Assembly: GCA_051362555.1 (NCBI GenBank)
Contig: CM120641.1
Coordinates: 37,082,401 to 37,146,400 of the forward strand
DNA from: Lingula anatina
Taxonomy: Eukaryota; Animalia; Brachiopoda
DNA: 64,000 nt
Reading direction: 5' to 3'
Shown here: piece after piece, positions 27,771 through 39,359 of the stretch
How positions within the stretch are numbered: position 1 is the first letter of the stretch
How the letters are laid out: the number at the start of each line of letters is the position of its first letter
Position numbers and translations under genes: made by a program
The notes under the pieces: model-generated
Database searches by the model: none
Seen by the model: the letters and a program-made list of their open reading frames with translations, nothing else
What the model was told of the DNA's origin: nothing

Positions 27771-29330
27771 TTCTAGCATACAAAACACTGCAAGATAAAG
27801 GGAAACATATCTGGAGAATTTTTAGAATTATGTTTTTTGTGGCAGATTGATCTCTGTTAGTGTATCAGATATCTTATGTCTGACAAAAGTCATGGAAATG
27901 AAATGTTCACTGGGAATTATGATATCATCTAAAGTAGAAAAACCTGTAAAGATACATCAGTTTGGTCAGAAACAATCCCTTGATTTATCACTGTTGAAAA
28001 AAAAAATTAATGAGATTTTAAGAAAATATATTAGTGACAATATATACTTTTAGAATTTTTTTTTCATTTACTCTCCAGTGACATGTTTTAATTGCCTTAA
28101 GAAGCTTAAGCTCTTGTCTAAGGAAGAAAAATGAAAAATGGGGCAAATGAACCTTTGAGATTCACAACTTACATAACTTACTTTTCATATACAAAATTGT
28201 TGTCCTGAAAATTGACATTTACGCAACAGAGTCAAACTCACTTATGCAGACCACCTGTTTCTAGCCACCAAACTAGAGCACAATTCCTAAAGAAAAAATT
28301 GCACGCATCATTTGTTCCATACAATTATCAGTAATTGCTTAATTGGCCATGCTGTCTCTGTAATTTGACTAATGGTTCTTATGGTAAACTTTTGACCCAC
28401 TGACTTCATTTATCATATTCTGTTTAAGTCCTACAGATAGTATTCCAGGAAAGACGAACCTTATATCCATTCTAGATCAACATCTTTCTCAGAATCAACT
28501 TAATGTGCTCTTATACTGGTTGAATACTCCTATAGCTTAAAGCCTAAATGCTTTCGTGATGGCACGTTTGTTGTAAATCTCTTTGAAATACCATTGATGG
28601 TAGTTTTTCATTGACATAATCCATCATAATGGTAGAGAAAGGGGGGCAGTATAACTATATATTCAGGTAGAATAATTTTAGATCATATTCACTTTAACAT
28701 CATATTGAAATGTATATTTTTTCCAAGAGGGAATGATTTAATGTGCTTTCACCTTGATAAAACTCATATTTAATTAATAATCCTGGGTTAAACAGCATTT
28801 GTCTCTGACATCTCCCCAACCTTTCTGAATCTCCCTTTCTGACATTTGCCATAACTCTGTCACAGTCGAGGAAAATTAAAAAAGTCCTTAACCAAAAACA
28901 TTGGTTTTTCACTTTGAACACTGATTTCCAGATTGCTTGGGATTAAAAAATGTGTCAAAATTGTTCAACAGGAGGTGATAAATAATATTGTATTAGGCAA
29001 TATTAATTTATGGCGTTTATTAGTTAAAATGATCTTTAAGTATTACTTGTCCTTACTTCAATAAGAAGTTTATGTTTTACGAAGTAAAAAAATTTGTTTA
29101 AAATGACACGCTTCATCCTTTTAATTTATTTAATTTTAATTTAAAGTTATGTTTGAAATTAGTTTGAAATATTTTATCACACCCATAATGAAGCATGTTT
29201 TGCAGGACTTTTATAAAATGTTTGCATCATGAAAATTTTAAGGGTTTATTAACAATTGGAGATGGTTTTCTTTCTTTATGTTACATTCCATGATAAATCA
29301 TGAGGTAGCCTTTCTGTGCCTGATAAATAA

Positions 29331-30224
29331 CAGGCCTAACCAACTACCAGACTCGGCACCTACGATCCAGAATAAACCGATATATCAGACCACACTACCC
29401 GTTTTCAAGGTGTGTGTCAGATCACATTACAGAGTATCAGCCACCACACCGATTTTGCCTGGTGCGCGATGTGATAGCGATGATCGTAGTAATAGATAGA
29501 CCCCGAGTCAGCAAGGGTTATGTAGCATACACGAGTGCGAAGCACGAGTGGATGTCACATAACCCTCGCTGACAAGGGATCTATCTTATTTAGACCACGG
29601 GTCCATTAGCGGGTTATAACGCATTCATGCGAGACGTGCGGTTATGCGAGTTACACCACGTCTGAATCTTTTGTTCTTCACTTCCACCGTGGTCTAAAGC
29701 GGGGTTGGAAAGTAGTGCATCTCATCTAGATTTATGCGCTGCTGCAATTTTCCCTGTTTAATGCCAAAAATCTGACAATACCACAATTTTTAACATAAAA
29801 TTTAGGTTCGAACATAGCCAATGATGTTTTGTAAATAAGAACTTGCAAACTTACATATTCATTTAGAAAAGTAGACCTAATTTTGATAGCGGAAGCATAT
29901 TCCGTCGGGGGTTAAATACTTTCTGGATGAGATTCAGTGAGTCGTCTGTCGCCATGTTGTCACTCGGAACTACTAGGATGTCTCCGCACTCGACAATAGT
30001 ATGGAGCTGAGGATTGCCGATTTCCATGTTGTTGTATTCATACGACTCCTACTTGACGAAAACGAGGCGCGATACCCGGATGACAGGTAGGCTCACAAAA
30101 TTTGTGATGGGGTATGATACTCTGTAATGCGATCTGACACACACCTTGAAAACGGGTAGTGTGGTCTGATATACCGGTTTATTCTGGATCCAAAGGTGCT
30201 GAGTCTGGTAGTTGGGTAGGCCTG
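29331..30224. mobile_element. CAGGCCTA-terminal non-autonomous DNA transposon, family G
   Basis: ~105-bp TIRs; AATAA|CAGGCCTA...TAGGCCTG|AATAA (5-bp TSD); CpG-rich interior. Confidence 0.9.
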
Positions 30225-31600
30225 AATAATGATGTCATAAAGCATCTTGCACACTTTGAAAATAAATCATTTTACTTGAAGCTCATTTTTTAAATTGAAG
30301 GTGTATTATTTGATTTGTTCCAAAACCATGCATTTGTGTAATATCCTGCAAAGATATTCATCTTTTCCATCCCAGACCTTAGAAATGATAAACCCTTCAA
30401 ATAAAAGGACCTGATGCTTAAAGTTCTTCTTGAAATGTCAGGGAGACATGATGGTGTAACTTATTTATTTAGAAATGGTGCAAAATATCAAGTAGTGCAG
30501 GGACAGGTCAAACAATGACTCCTGAGTAGAAATAAAAACTGCTTTTATCTCAAGGAAAATTGTATTTGTGGTTAAAAAACCCATATTGGATAACTTTACT
30601 CTCTCAAAATATGAAATGAGAAGTGCCTTGATCTAATAACAAAACTTGTTAACTTGAGAGAGAGTCTCATATGATTGCATGTTTATACTGTTATAAGGTG
30701 CACGGTTACATGTAAGGCATCATGATGAAGTCAATCGTCGATTTGTATTACTATAGGGAAGTAGCATATTTCAGAGCAGTATTTCTGTAAAAACTAAATT
30801 TCAAATAAATTTGACTTTTTGTTTTTCTAAGAGTATACTTGGCTTGTGATAGCTGTTAAGATTATTTCAAAGTTCCAGAAGCCATGTAATTCATGTCAGA
30901 TGTGTTTTTGTCAATAGCAAATTAAAGCATGATGAATCTTGAAAAGGTGATCGGCGTTTCATAAGAGTGAAATCTGTGAGAAATAAACGTAATTTTTTTC
31001 TAAGACTGAATTTGATAATGACATTTAGCATGACCATCTCACTTGTTATAAATTGCTTAAGCAATTTAATAAATGGTTGTGTTTTACAAGGACACTTGGG
31101 TTCATGGTACATATTATTGCCTTCAAAAATTAGAAGGCTGATAATTGTTTTTGATCTCATCATGAAGCCCAGTAATAATATACAATATATTAAAATTTTT
31201 CTAAAAATTTCAAACACCTCACCTATGTTCAAAATTTTCAACTTGCTTTTCAAAGATTTGGAATAATATTTTTGCAATGTTAATAACCTACATTGTAACC
31301 TTGTTTTCTGGTTTAAGGAATTCAGATAAATCAGTTTTGTTTGAATTTATAGCAAAAAATTACCATTATAACCTCTTCCCACATGAATTCTCCTCATGGG
31401 GATAGTATAGACAGTACTGAAACAGCTGATTTATTACACATTTTGTGAATCATATTGGAAGGAGAGAGACTGTAGTGCTCTGATTGGCTTAGTCAAACTT
31501 TTATATGTTCTCCCAATAATGATTAAATAACACTTTTACAGTGTAGGTATTTTGTGCTATGATCACAATTCAAGTGTGGATTTATTTTCATTTTGGCTAG

Positions 31601-31707
31601 GTACGGAAGAGGGTTAAACTAGAAGGCGTTGAGCTGGAAGAATATTTGAAGAAAGAAAAGGAAAGGGAAGCTGAAGAAGCTAGAATTAAGGCAGAAGAAG
31701 CCTTAAA
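31601..31707 (+). CDS. CPSF2: CPSF2 exon
   Basis: ggctag|GTA..AA|gtaagg; VRKRVKLEGVELEEYLKKEKEREAEEARIKAEEAL(K); continues the previous exon in phase 0 (cf. CPSF100 LRKRVKLEGKELEEYL). Confidence 0.95.
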
Positions 31708-32062
31708 GTAAGGATATTACCCTATAACTGTTATCTTTAATGTTTCTTTTTCATGTGTCTAGATGTTTTCATGCTTATAACTTTCTAATAATGAGTATTT
31801 CTTAAAAAATTTTCGGTGGAAACATTTATAACAAAATTAGAAGCTTTTTACTCTTAATTATTGAAATCAAATGTCTAATGATCATATAACAGAAAGACCT
31901 CATACATCAGTTATGATAGAAGAATCTGGATATTCGATGACACTTTTATTGAAATTTTTTCACTGTCGAAGGTGCCCAATATTGTATGTGAAGAATTGAC
32001 CAAGACATCTTTAATGCATATTTAGTATATATATCCAGGACAGTTGCCAATTACCATTTCAG

Positions 32063-32165
32063 AGCACTAGATGAGGAGTCAAGTGATGACAGTGATGTGG
32101 ACATGGAGGCAGATATGCAGTATCAGGGGAAGGCTACTAAGCATGATCTCATGGTTAAGACTGAG
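32063..32165 (+). CDS. CPSF2: CPSF2 exon (acidic linker)
   Basis: tttcag|A..GAG|gtaagt; ALDEESSDDSDVDMEADMQYQGKATKHDLMVKTE (cf. KTKHDLMMK). Confidence 0.93.
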
Positions 32166-32179
32166 GTAAGTGTGGTACT

Positions 32180-32637
32180 GGCATGGAAAAGCATTCGAAA
32201 CATTCTGATTGCATTTGAGGGAGAAGTGAAATGGCGAAAGACTTCAAATCCTGCCAGAATGTTCGCATGTGCCTCAAATGAACCAGCATGCAGCTCGAAT
32301 GCATCTTGATTGCTGGCCAAAATTCTATTTCGGCCAGGAATCGAACTACACTCATACAGCATTTGAAGTGTATTCTAAATATTCTGACTGCATTCTGACA
32401 GCATTATCGATATTCCTAGTGTGTTTCAACTCCATTCGAACTCCAATTGAGAACTTATACACCTGAAATGTGCACAAATCACTCGAATTCGAAGTGCATT
32501 CTGAGTATTCCAACAGTATTCTTACAAGAACATAGGTCAATTTGAAATTTCTTCCCAAATGTGGTGCAGATTTTTAAAAATCTTCATTCCGGCTCATTCT
32601 GCTTGATTACTGCTGATTCGGAATAAGTGTGACGGCT
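32180..32637. mobile_element. partial (G)CATTCGAA-motif-rich DNA transposon fragment
   Basis: Many degenerate ATTCGAA/ATTCTGA motifs, ending AAGTGTGACGGC; left end missing; starts ~15 nt after a CPSF2 donor. Confidence 0.5.
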
Positions 32638-33796
32638 ATACACATAATGTCTGCAGCAATATAATGGAATGTAATAGTTTAAATAAGTTTCAGTTAAGTA
32701 TCATTTGTGCACACAGTAAAAGAACAATAGATACAGTCTTCCTTGAGATAAATGACTATTTAAGGGGGTTTTATATGTAAGGATTTATTTCTTTATCCAA
32801 TGAAATCATGTAGAAATTGACATTGTCTTGTAATGTGATAATGTTGTCACATCAAAAATACATCAAAGTGAATTTGCCCATTCAAGCTGATGATGTAATG
32901 GCAGCGTTTTTGTGATGAAAACTGTAATATCGATTTCAAACAGATCTACCTCACCTGAATAACTATCAACTCTTGTTTTAATGCCTATGTAATCACAACA
33001 ATAATTACTACAATCCACTGCCAAAATTTTTTTTCAAAGGCTTACTTCTAATTTTATTAGTAGAAAGGTGAAATAATTACCTTTGTTTAATAAGACATTG
33101 CAATTAAGAATCTGTATCTTGTAAACAAAAACATTCAAAAGCTGGCACCAGATTGTTTTTTACACCCCAATTATCAACCATATCAATTTTCATGATGATA
33201 TCTTACTTAGTTACAGTGATACATCATGATCCAATCACAATGTCTCACCGCTATTTACAAAGCAGCAAAATTGACAATAAACACCTGTGTGCAGAAGCCA
33301 GTAGGATGGTGAATAAAGCAACAGGAGATTTTTTTACTCTAAAAATGTTATTTTTTATTGCTCTAATATTAAGATAAGTGTTTCATATAAAAGAAATGTG
33401 AAAAAGGCTTTGACAAATGTAGGCCTTTTTAACATATCCAACAACCCGAAGATCTTCTAAAGAGTAGTGCCAGTGACTGCAAATTAAATGAAAGTGAAAG
33501 CCAGCAGTAAACAAATTTCCAACACTACACTCTGTGGTTTTAACTGCATACAATTGTTAACTACTCCAATGTGGCAAACTTTTGGATGCCTAATCAGCGG
33601 TAACTTTTGTGAACTGTGATACAAATGTAGAACTAGTTGAGCTCTTGAATAAATCAATGAAAACACATCTGTACATTCTAATGCTGCACCAAATTATAGG
33701 GTTGTGTCAGAATAGCTCCATGTGAGTATTATGTGTATAAAGGCACAAGTAAATTTGCTGTGTAATGGAGTTAAGTGCAATCAGAATTAAGACTAA

Positions 33797-34031
33797 GACT
33801 GCATTCCCACAGATTTAGATCAATCCATCTGGATCGACCTAACTCCCTGGGGGTTCACGCTAAATTGCTGTCAGCTCAAGAGGCTTAAATGCCTGTCACG
33901 CCTACCGAATCAGCTAGGGTAAAGATAATTACCCCCTAACAACGTTACTAGGTGTGCCAGCCAAGTTGACAGCAATTTAGTGAGATTTCCTAGGGGGATG
34001 GATCGATCTAAATATCTGTGGGAATGGTCTC
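33797..34031 (+). mobile_element. family A MITE (variant interior)
   Basis: TAA|GACTGCATTCCCACAGAT...ATCTGTGGGAATGGTCTC|TTA. Confidence 0.85.
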
Positions 34032-35122
34032 TTAAATGAAAATCTGGTATAGAAGGGATAATTATGAATATTTTGTGCTAGAATATTTTGCTGGAATATT
34101 GTTGCACAATTACCAAATGGATGTACAAAGATGCGTTATTAGATGGTAAAAACAATAGCAAGTTCATTCTTTAGAACAAATCATCTGTTTAACCACACAG
34201 GAAATGCCACACTACAGAGAGATAACGGAGGTATACACTCTGATGCACAGGAAATAAATAAATCAATAAATGGTAGAGCACGTATTTACCATGCACTGTT
34301 ATGATATAGACAAAAAAGCAAATAAGGATGAAAAAGCCATCATACTATTAATGAGAAAATGGATTAAATGTAAACAGGAACAGAATGATGCAATCCATTA
34401 TTAAGATATTCATTATCAGGATAGGAATATCTTTTAAGAGCACTATTGGTGTACTTGATTAACTTTCAGATGATTATTTAATTATTGCTGTGACAGTCGT
34501 TTATATATATATATGCTTAATTTGTGTTTCTGTATCCCTTAGTTGTTAAATGGATAAAGCAAGGGTTGGGAGGGGGGAGTGCCTATATGAGTGCACCAAT
34601 GCCATGGCAACACAGTCTAGACACAGGAGCTTTGATTGGGATGTATCTGGTGAACTGACTTGATTATCTTTTGATGATTACCGGTATTTGAAGTGGCAGA
34701 TCATTGACTTGTGGAAAGAGGATTTTTTTATTGAATTTCTTGTTGGTTTGGATCAGATATTTTATATTGGATTCAACATATTCTATTAGTGTGTCTGACT
34801 GACTTGTGTCTCAATGCGATTTATTTAAGGATAAAAGGACTGAAATTAAAGAAGTTATAAACTGTTTTAAATACACATTTAAGTTCTTAAGCTGGTCTGT
34901 TTGTGCAGTTTAAAGTGGGTGCCCCTATTTGGTTAAGCATTTCTAGGATATTTCTTAGGCTTCTGTCTTTGATTCTTTTTGATTCGTAACAGGATTCGGA
35001 AAAGGATTAAAATGTTCCAACTAATGTATATGTAACAACATAACATTTGTTCTTTAAATTAACAACACAAATTTTGTTCTTCATACTTGTGATATTATAA
35101 TATCTATTTATTTTTCTAATAG

Positions 35123-35226
35123 GGAAAAACCAGACTAGGATTTTTCAAGCAAGCCAAGAAGTCATACCCCATGTTTCCTTTTATGGAGGAAAAGATACGT
35201 TGGGATGATTATGGCGAAATCATAAG
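35123..35226 (+). CDS. CPSF2: CPSF2 exon
   Basis: taatag|GGA..AG|gtgatt; [34 protein letters not shown](R), the conserved [15 protein letters not shown](D/E)YGEII motif. Confidence 0.95.
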
Positions 35227-35878
35227 GTGATTATTTTTTTCATTATTAAACTAAAGTAAAGAGATGCCTGTATTCAGTATTAGTTTTTACTTCATACCTA
35301 ACGTTATGACTTTGTATCTTGAACTAAATATAAAGTTGTACAATTGCGTGAAATATTTCATTGCAAGTTTGTTTAACAATCATCTGAAAATTTGATATAT
35401 AATAATATGTATACGGACTGACATTTCTCTCCTAAATGCATTTTAATCTGTTTTTCCATCTGTTCATATTACAACATTGTATCCTTTGATTTTGTCACCA
35501 TTTCCCCAAATCTCAGTGTTTATGACTATCCATTTGTTCTCTGTCCTACCTTTGGAGGGAAAGTTACAGGAGTGAACTTTTTGTTAGACCAATTACTCCA
35601 ATTTTTATAGTGAAGACTGTAGTGATTCCACTTTTATTCTCTTCAGAAATCTCTTAAAAATTTTATAAATGTAAATTTTGTAACTGAAACTTTGGAATGT
35701 TCATGGGATTTGTTCTTCTTTCAAATATTGTTGATTATCAGACTACCAGATAATCCAATGAGAGAATGGTTCATTGCTGATGTTTAAGTTCTAAATGATT
35801 TAAAGTTTTGTCTCATTACAAAAATGAGATTGCTTTCAAGTGACTACACTTTTATTTGATTTTTGTGATATATTTCAG

Positions 35879-35930
35879 ACCAGAAGACTTCATGATCCTA
35901 GAGACAACACCAGGAGAAGAAGACAAACTG
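35879..35930 (+). CDS. CPSF2: CPSF2 exon
   Basis: tttcag|A..CTG|gtatgg; PEDFMILETTPGEEDKL; phases fit both neighbours. Confidence 0.9.
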
Positions 35931-35965
35931 GTATGGTTTGTGAAATATTCACCTAACTACTTGCA

Positions 35966-36077
<112 letters not shown>

Positions 36078-36482
36078 CTCCATAAGCCTGGATTAGTTTG
36101 AAAAAAAAGGGAGTTTACATAAGTAGTAAGGAAATTTGAAAATCAATTTTTTTATTTGCAAGCTGTAATTAGTTTGCATCTAAATCATGTGCTTGTATAA
36201 CTATCTACATAAAAACAAAAAAAGTGATGTTGGCATTTCCTCAGATAAACCACCTGATATACTTCTGATGTTAGTTGTGGTCTGCTAAGATTACATGTAA
36301 ATAAAATGAATTTCTTAGCTTTATGTTGGGGAACCAAATTGAGAAAGTACAATGTCGTAGTTCAAATATTCAAAGAAGAACTATAATATGTGGTATTAAT
36401 AGTAATGAAAATACTGAAAACAGTAAAACTAAACATGCAAAAATCATTGATCAGTTTTAAAATCTGTTGGTTTTATTTATAG

Positions 36483-36516
36483 GAAAACACAGCCACAGAA
36501 GACTCAGAGATGCAAG
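36483..36516 (+). CDS. CPSF2: CPSF2 34-nt micro-exon
   Basis: ttatag|GAA..G|gttagt; ENTATEDSEMQ(D). Needed to bridge phase 0 to phase 1 between the flanking exons. Confidence 0.8.
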
Positions 36517-36614
36517 GTTAGTTTATAAAAATATCCAAATATCATTATCATCATATTCTTGTTACATAGAAGTAATTTGATGTTTGAATTGTTTGAGGAC
36601 AGACTGAAAATTAA

Positions 36615-37115
36615 ACTCGGTGTGAATAAGAAGGCGCTGAATAAATGTTCATTGTTAAGATCCTAACTTTCTTGGTATTCTGCTGATGGTTTTGTCTTGT
36701 TGTCGTGTCGACTTGTTTACATCTGGGAACTATCAGTGACTTAGAGTGCATTCCCATAGATTTAGATCGATCCATTTAGATCGACCTAACTCCCTGGGGG
36801 TTCACGCTAAATTGCTTTCAGCTGAGTGTGCACGGTAGTTAATTACCCCCTTACAGCTTTTAGTAGGTGGGACAGACATTTAAGCTGGCTAAGCTGACAG
36901 TAATCTAGTGAGACTCCCCACAGGGATAGATTGATCTAAAATCTGTGGGAATGGGTTCTTATTCTCACTCTGTGACATTACGTCATTGCGTGAGTACCTC
37001 TCCCAATATTCTTCCAAAGTTCAGATGAAACAACAAAACCACCGGCAAAATACCAAAAAAAGTAAGGGTCTTAACAGTGAATATTTTTTCAGTAGAAACT
37101 ATTCACAGCTGCAAT
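36615..37115. mobile_element. older foldback MITE hosting the family A copy
   Basis: Diverged inverted arms CTGAATAAATGTTCATTGTTAAGATCCTAACTTTCTTGGTATTCTGC.. / ..GCAAAATACCAAAAAAAGTAAGGGTCTTAACAGTGAATATTTTTTCAG. Confidence 0.7.
36744..36958 (+). mobile_element. family A MITE nested in an older foldback
   Basis: TTA|GAGTGCATTCCCATAGAT...ATCTGTGGGAATGGGTTC|TTA. Confidence 0.9.
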
Positions 37116-37645
37116 GAATGTATTTTCTCATGTTTGCATTCGTTTGTGAATATAAATATGGCCTTTCGGTGTTACAAATGAAATATGATAGCTATCTTTT
37201 GATGCCAAAGCACTGGTATTAATTAACCCTGCCTTTTATTTTTCATGCTCATCTTTTTTTTTCATTCATTGACGGGTAGCCTATAATTGAGATATTCACT
37301 CATGTTTCATTGCCAGAGAGATACCTGTCACTGTATCTTTTTTGGACATACACACATATTAAACAGTTTCTTAGTATCCTGAATGAAATATGTTGTTCAT
37401 AACATAATAAAATTCTGATCATTTTTTACAAATAGTTATAGTGTACTTTCTGCAGATAAATAAAAACCTAAAAAGATGTTATGCCTAGCATAATAATGTT
37501 GAATGACAGAGGAATTTTGTGGAAAAAAAATCCTGGATGTAAATTAACACAATTTCAATGCGTATTTTCTAAATTATTTGGCCTATCCTTTTTTTAAATA
37601 ATAGTTTGTTATGTTATAAACTAACTATATCATTTGTCATTACAG

Positions 37646-37788
37646 ATATGTCCGAAATCCCTACCAAATGTGTTTCTACAGCAAAGACTTTCAACATTCA
37701 GGCTAACATTATCTTCATTGATTTTGAGGGCCGATCAGATGGGGAATCTATTAAAAAGATATTGAATCAGATCAAGCCTAGAGAATTG
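37646..37788 (+). CDS. CPSF2: CPSF2 exon
   Basis: ttacag|AT..TTG|gtaggt; DMSEIPTKCVST..FIDFEGRSDGESIKKILNQIKPREL. Confidence 0.96.
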
Positions 37789-38293
37789 GTAGGTTATTTT
37801 ATTGACCTTATCATACAGTGACATTTTCAATTGGTGAAAGCAAAGGCCATCTTTTTACAGATCTGTCATTTGGCTGTTTTACTGTGACAGATATCTCTAC
37901 CTGATGTAGTAAAAGAACTTGTGGTAAACTTGAAAGTGCTGTGGTGAACATTTTCAATTACATATTTCCTGTGACATTTAGTCCACAAATTCTGAATAAC
38001 ATTAATGGAATTTTAACCTCTTTATCTTTTGTGCATTGCCCAAGGATTGCCATTATATTGGACCTGATTAGTATGGAGTAATTTATTGAATAAGTTCATT
38101 TTAATGTCATCCTAAAGCTTCAATCCTGCACTGATTTTGAAATGAAGTTTCCAGGCACTGTTTCTTCTGTAATAAAGAATCACCAGTCTAGAATATATCT
38201 ATCATGAACAATGGAGTTTAACTATGGAGTTTGACATCATGCATCTTCACCTTTTTTAAAGCTTGTTGTCTTAATTACCCTCTTTATCATCAG

Positions 38294-38434
38294 ATTCTGG
38301 TCCACGCCAGTCAAGATGCTACAGAATCTTTGGCAGAATACTGCCGTAGTACAGGGCTGGTGCAGGGCGGCAGGGTCTTTACTCCAAAGACCATGGAAAT
38401 AGTTGATGCGACCAGAGAAGGTTACATTTATCAG
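38294..38434 (+). CDS. CPSF2: CPSF2 exon
   Basis: catcag|ATT..CAG|gtgaaa; ILVHASQDATESLAEYCRSTGLVQGGRVFTPKTMEIVDATREGYIYQ. Confidence 0.94.
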
Positions 38435-38899
38435 GTGAAATGATAGATCTTTGACAAATGAAACTTTATATACATGGAAATTGATATTTTGAAGTATTTC
38501 CTGTATTTATCCTGATTGAGGGGTTAGCACTGGTTGCAAGTGGGAGAAGGGACTCAAAGATTTATTTAGCTATAGCAGCTAAATATAGTACCTTCTAGTC
38601 TCAGTTGCATTTATGAGTGTTATTTCTAACCATACTCGCCATTGGACATATAGTAGTTTGGAATAGAACTTACTGGGAATGTCAGTAAATGATGAGGATG
38701 AGATTTTACAGACAACAGGGGGTTCTGAATAGTTCCCAAAAGTGAGCTAATTATCTTCACATAGTCTGCTGAGATAGCACATTCTTGAGTGAGCTGTCAT
38801 AACTGCATTTTGTTTGACATCCTGTGATTGCTTTAATGTGTTTTAAGATGACTGACAGATATATATAGTTTAATTGATTTTGTCCCAATGATTTTACAG

Positions 38900-39053
38900 G
38901 TTAGGTTAAAAGATTCCCTGATTAGCAAAATTAAACTTGCTAAAACAAGAGACATTGAACTCGGCTGGGTAGATGGAATGCTAGATCTTACCAAAGCAAA
39001 GACTGATACTAGTGCTAAGTTTGAGGAGGCAGATGCACTAGAGAAGAAGAAAT
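38900..39053 (+). CDS. CPSF2: CPSF2 exon
   Basis: ttacag|GTT..T|gtaagt; VRLKDSLISKIKLAKTRDIELGWVDGMLDLTKAKTDTSAKFEEADALEKKK. Confidence 0.94.
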
Positions 39054-39294
39054 GTAAGTGAAGAAAAGATTGGCAAAGTATGGTTCATCTATTAATTAAT
39101 TTGTACATGCAAAAAGTCTGTTGAAACACTTAAAATTTAATCATTCAACTGCTTAATTGACTTTTTTAAAAGAAATGACTTAATTATGATTCACTTAGAT
39201 TTGCTGAATCGTTTGTCTTGGTTTTATAATACGAACTTTTTCATAAATTTGAAGTGTGACATGCTCATTTGGATTGTCTTTTCTGTCCTTCTAG

Positions 39295-39359
39295 TGGGAG
39301 CAGAGGATGAGGACAGTGGAGACCTACAGCCTGTGCTGGTATCTTTGCCCTCTAACCAG
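39295..39359 (+). CDS. CPSF2: CPSF2 exon
   Basis: ttctag|TG..CAG|gttggg; (L)GAEDEDSGDLQPVLVSLPSNQ. Confidence 0.88.

Noticed and set aside
30891-31277. Overlapping 128-aa and 99-aa ORFs on opposite strands
   Set aside because: AT-rich composition, non-ATG starts, no motif and no fit to CPSF2.
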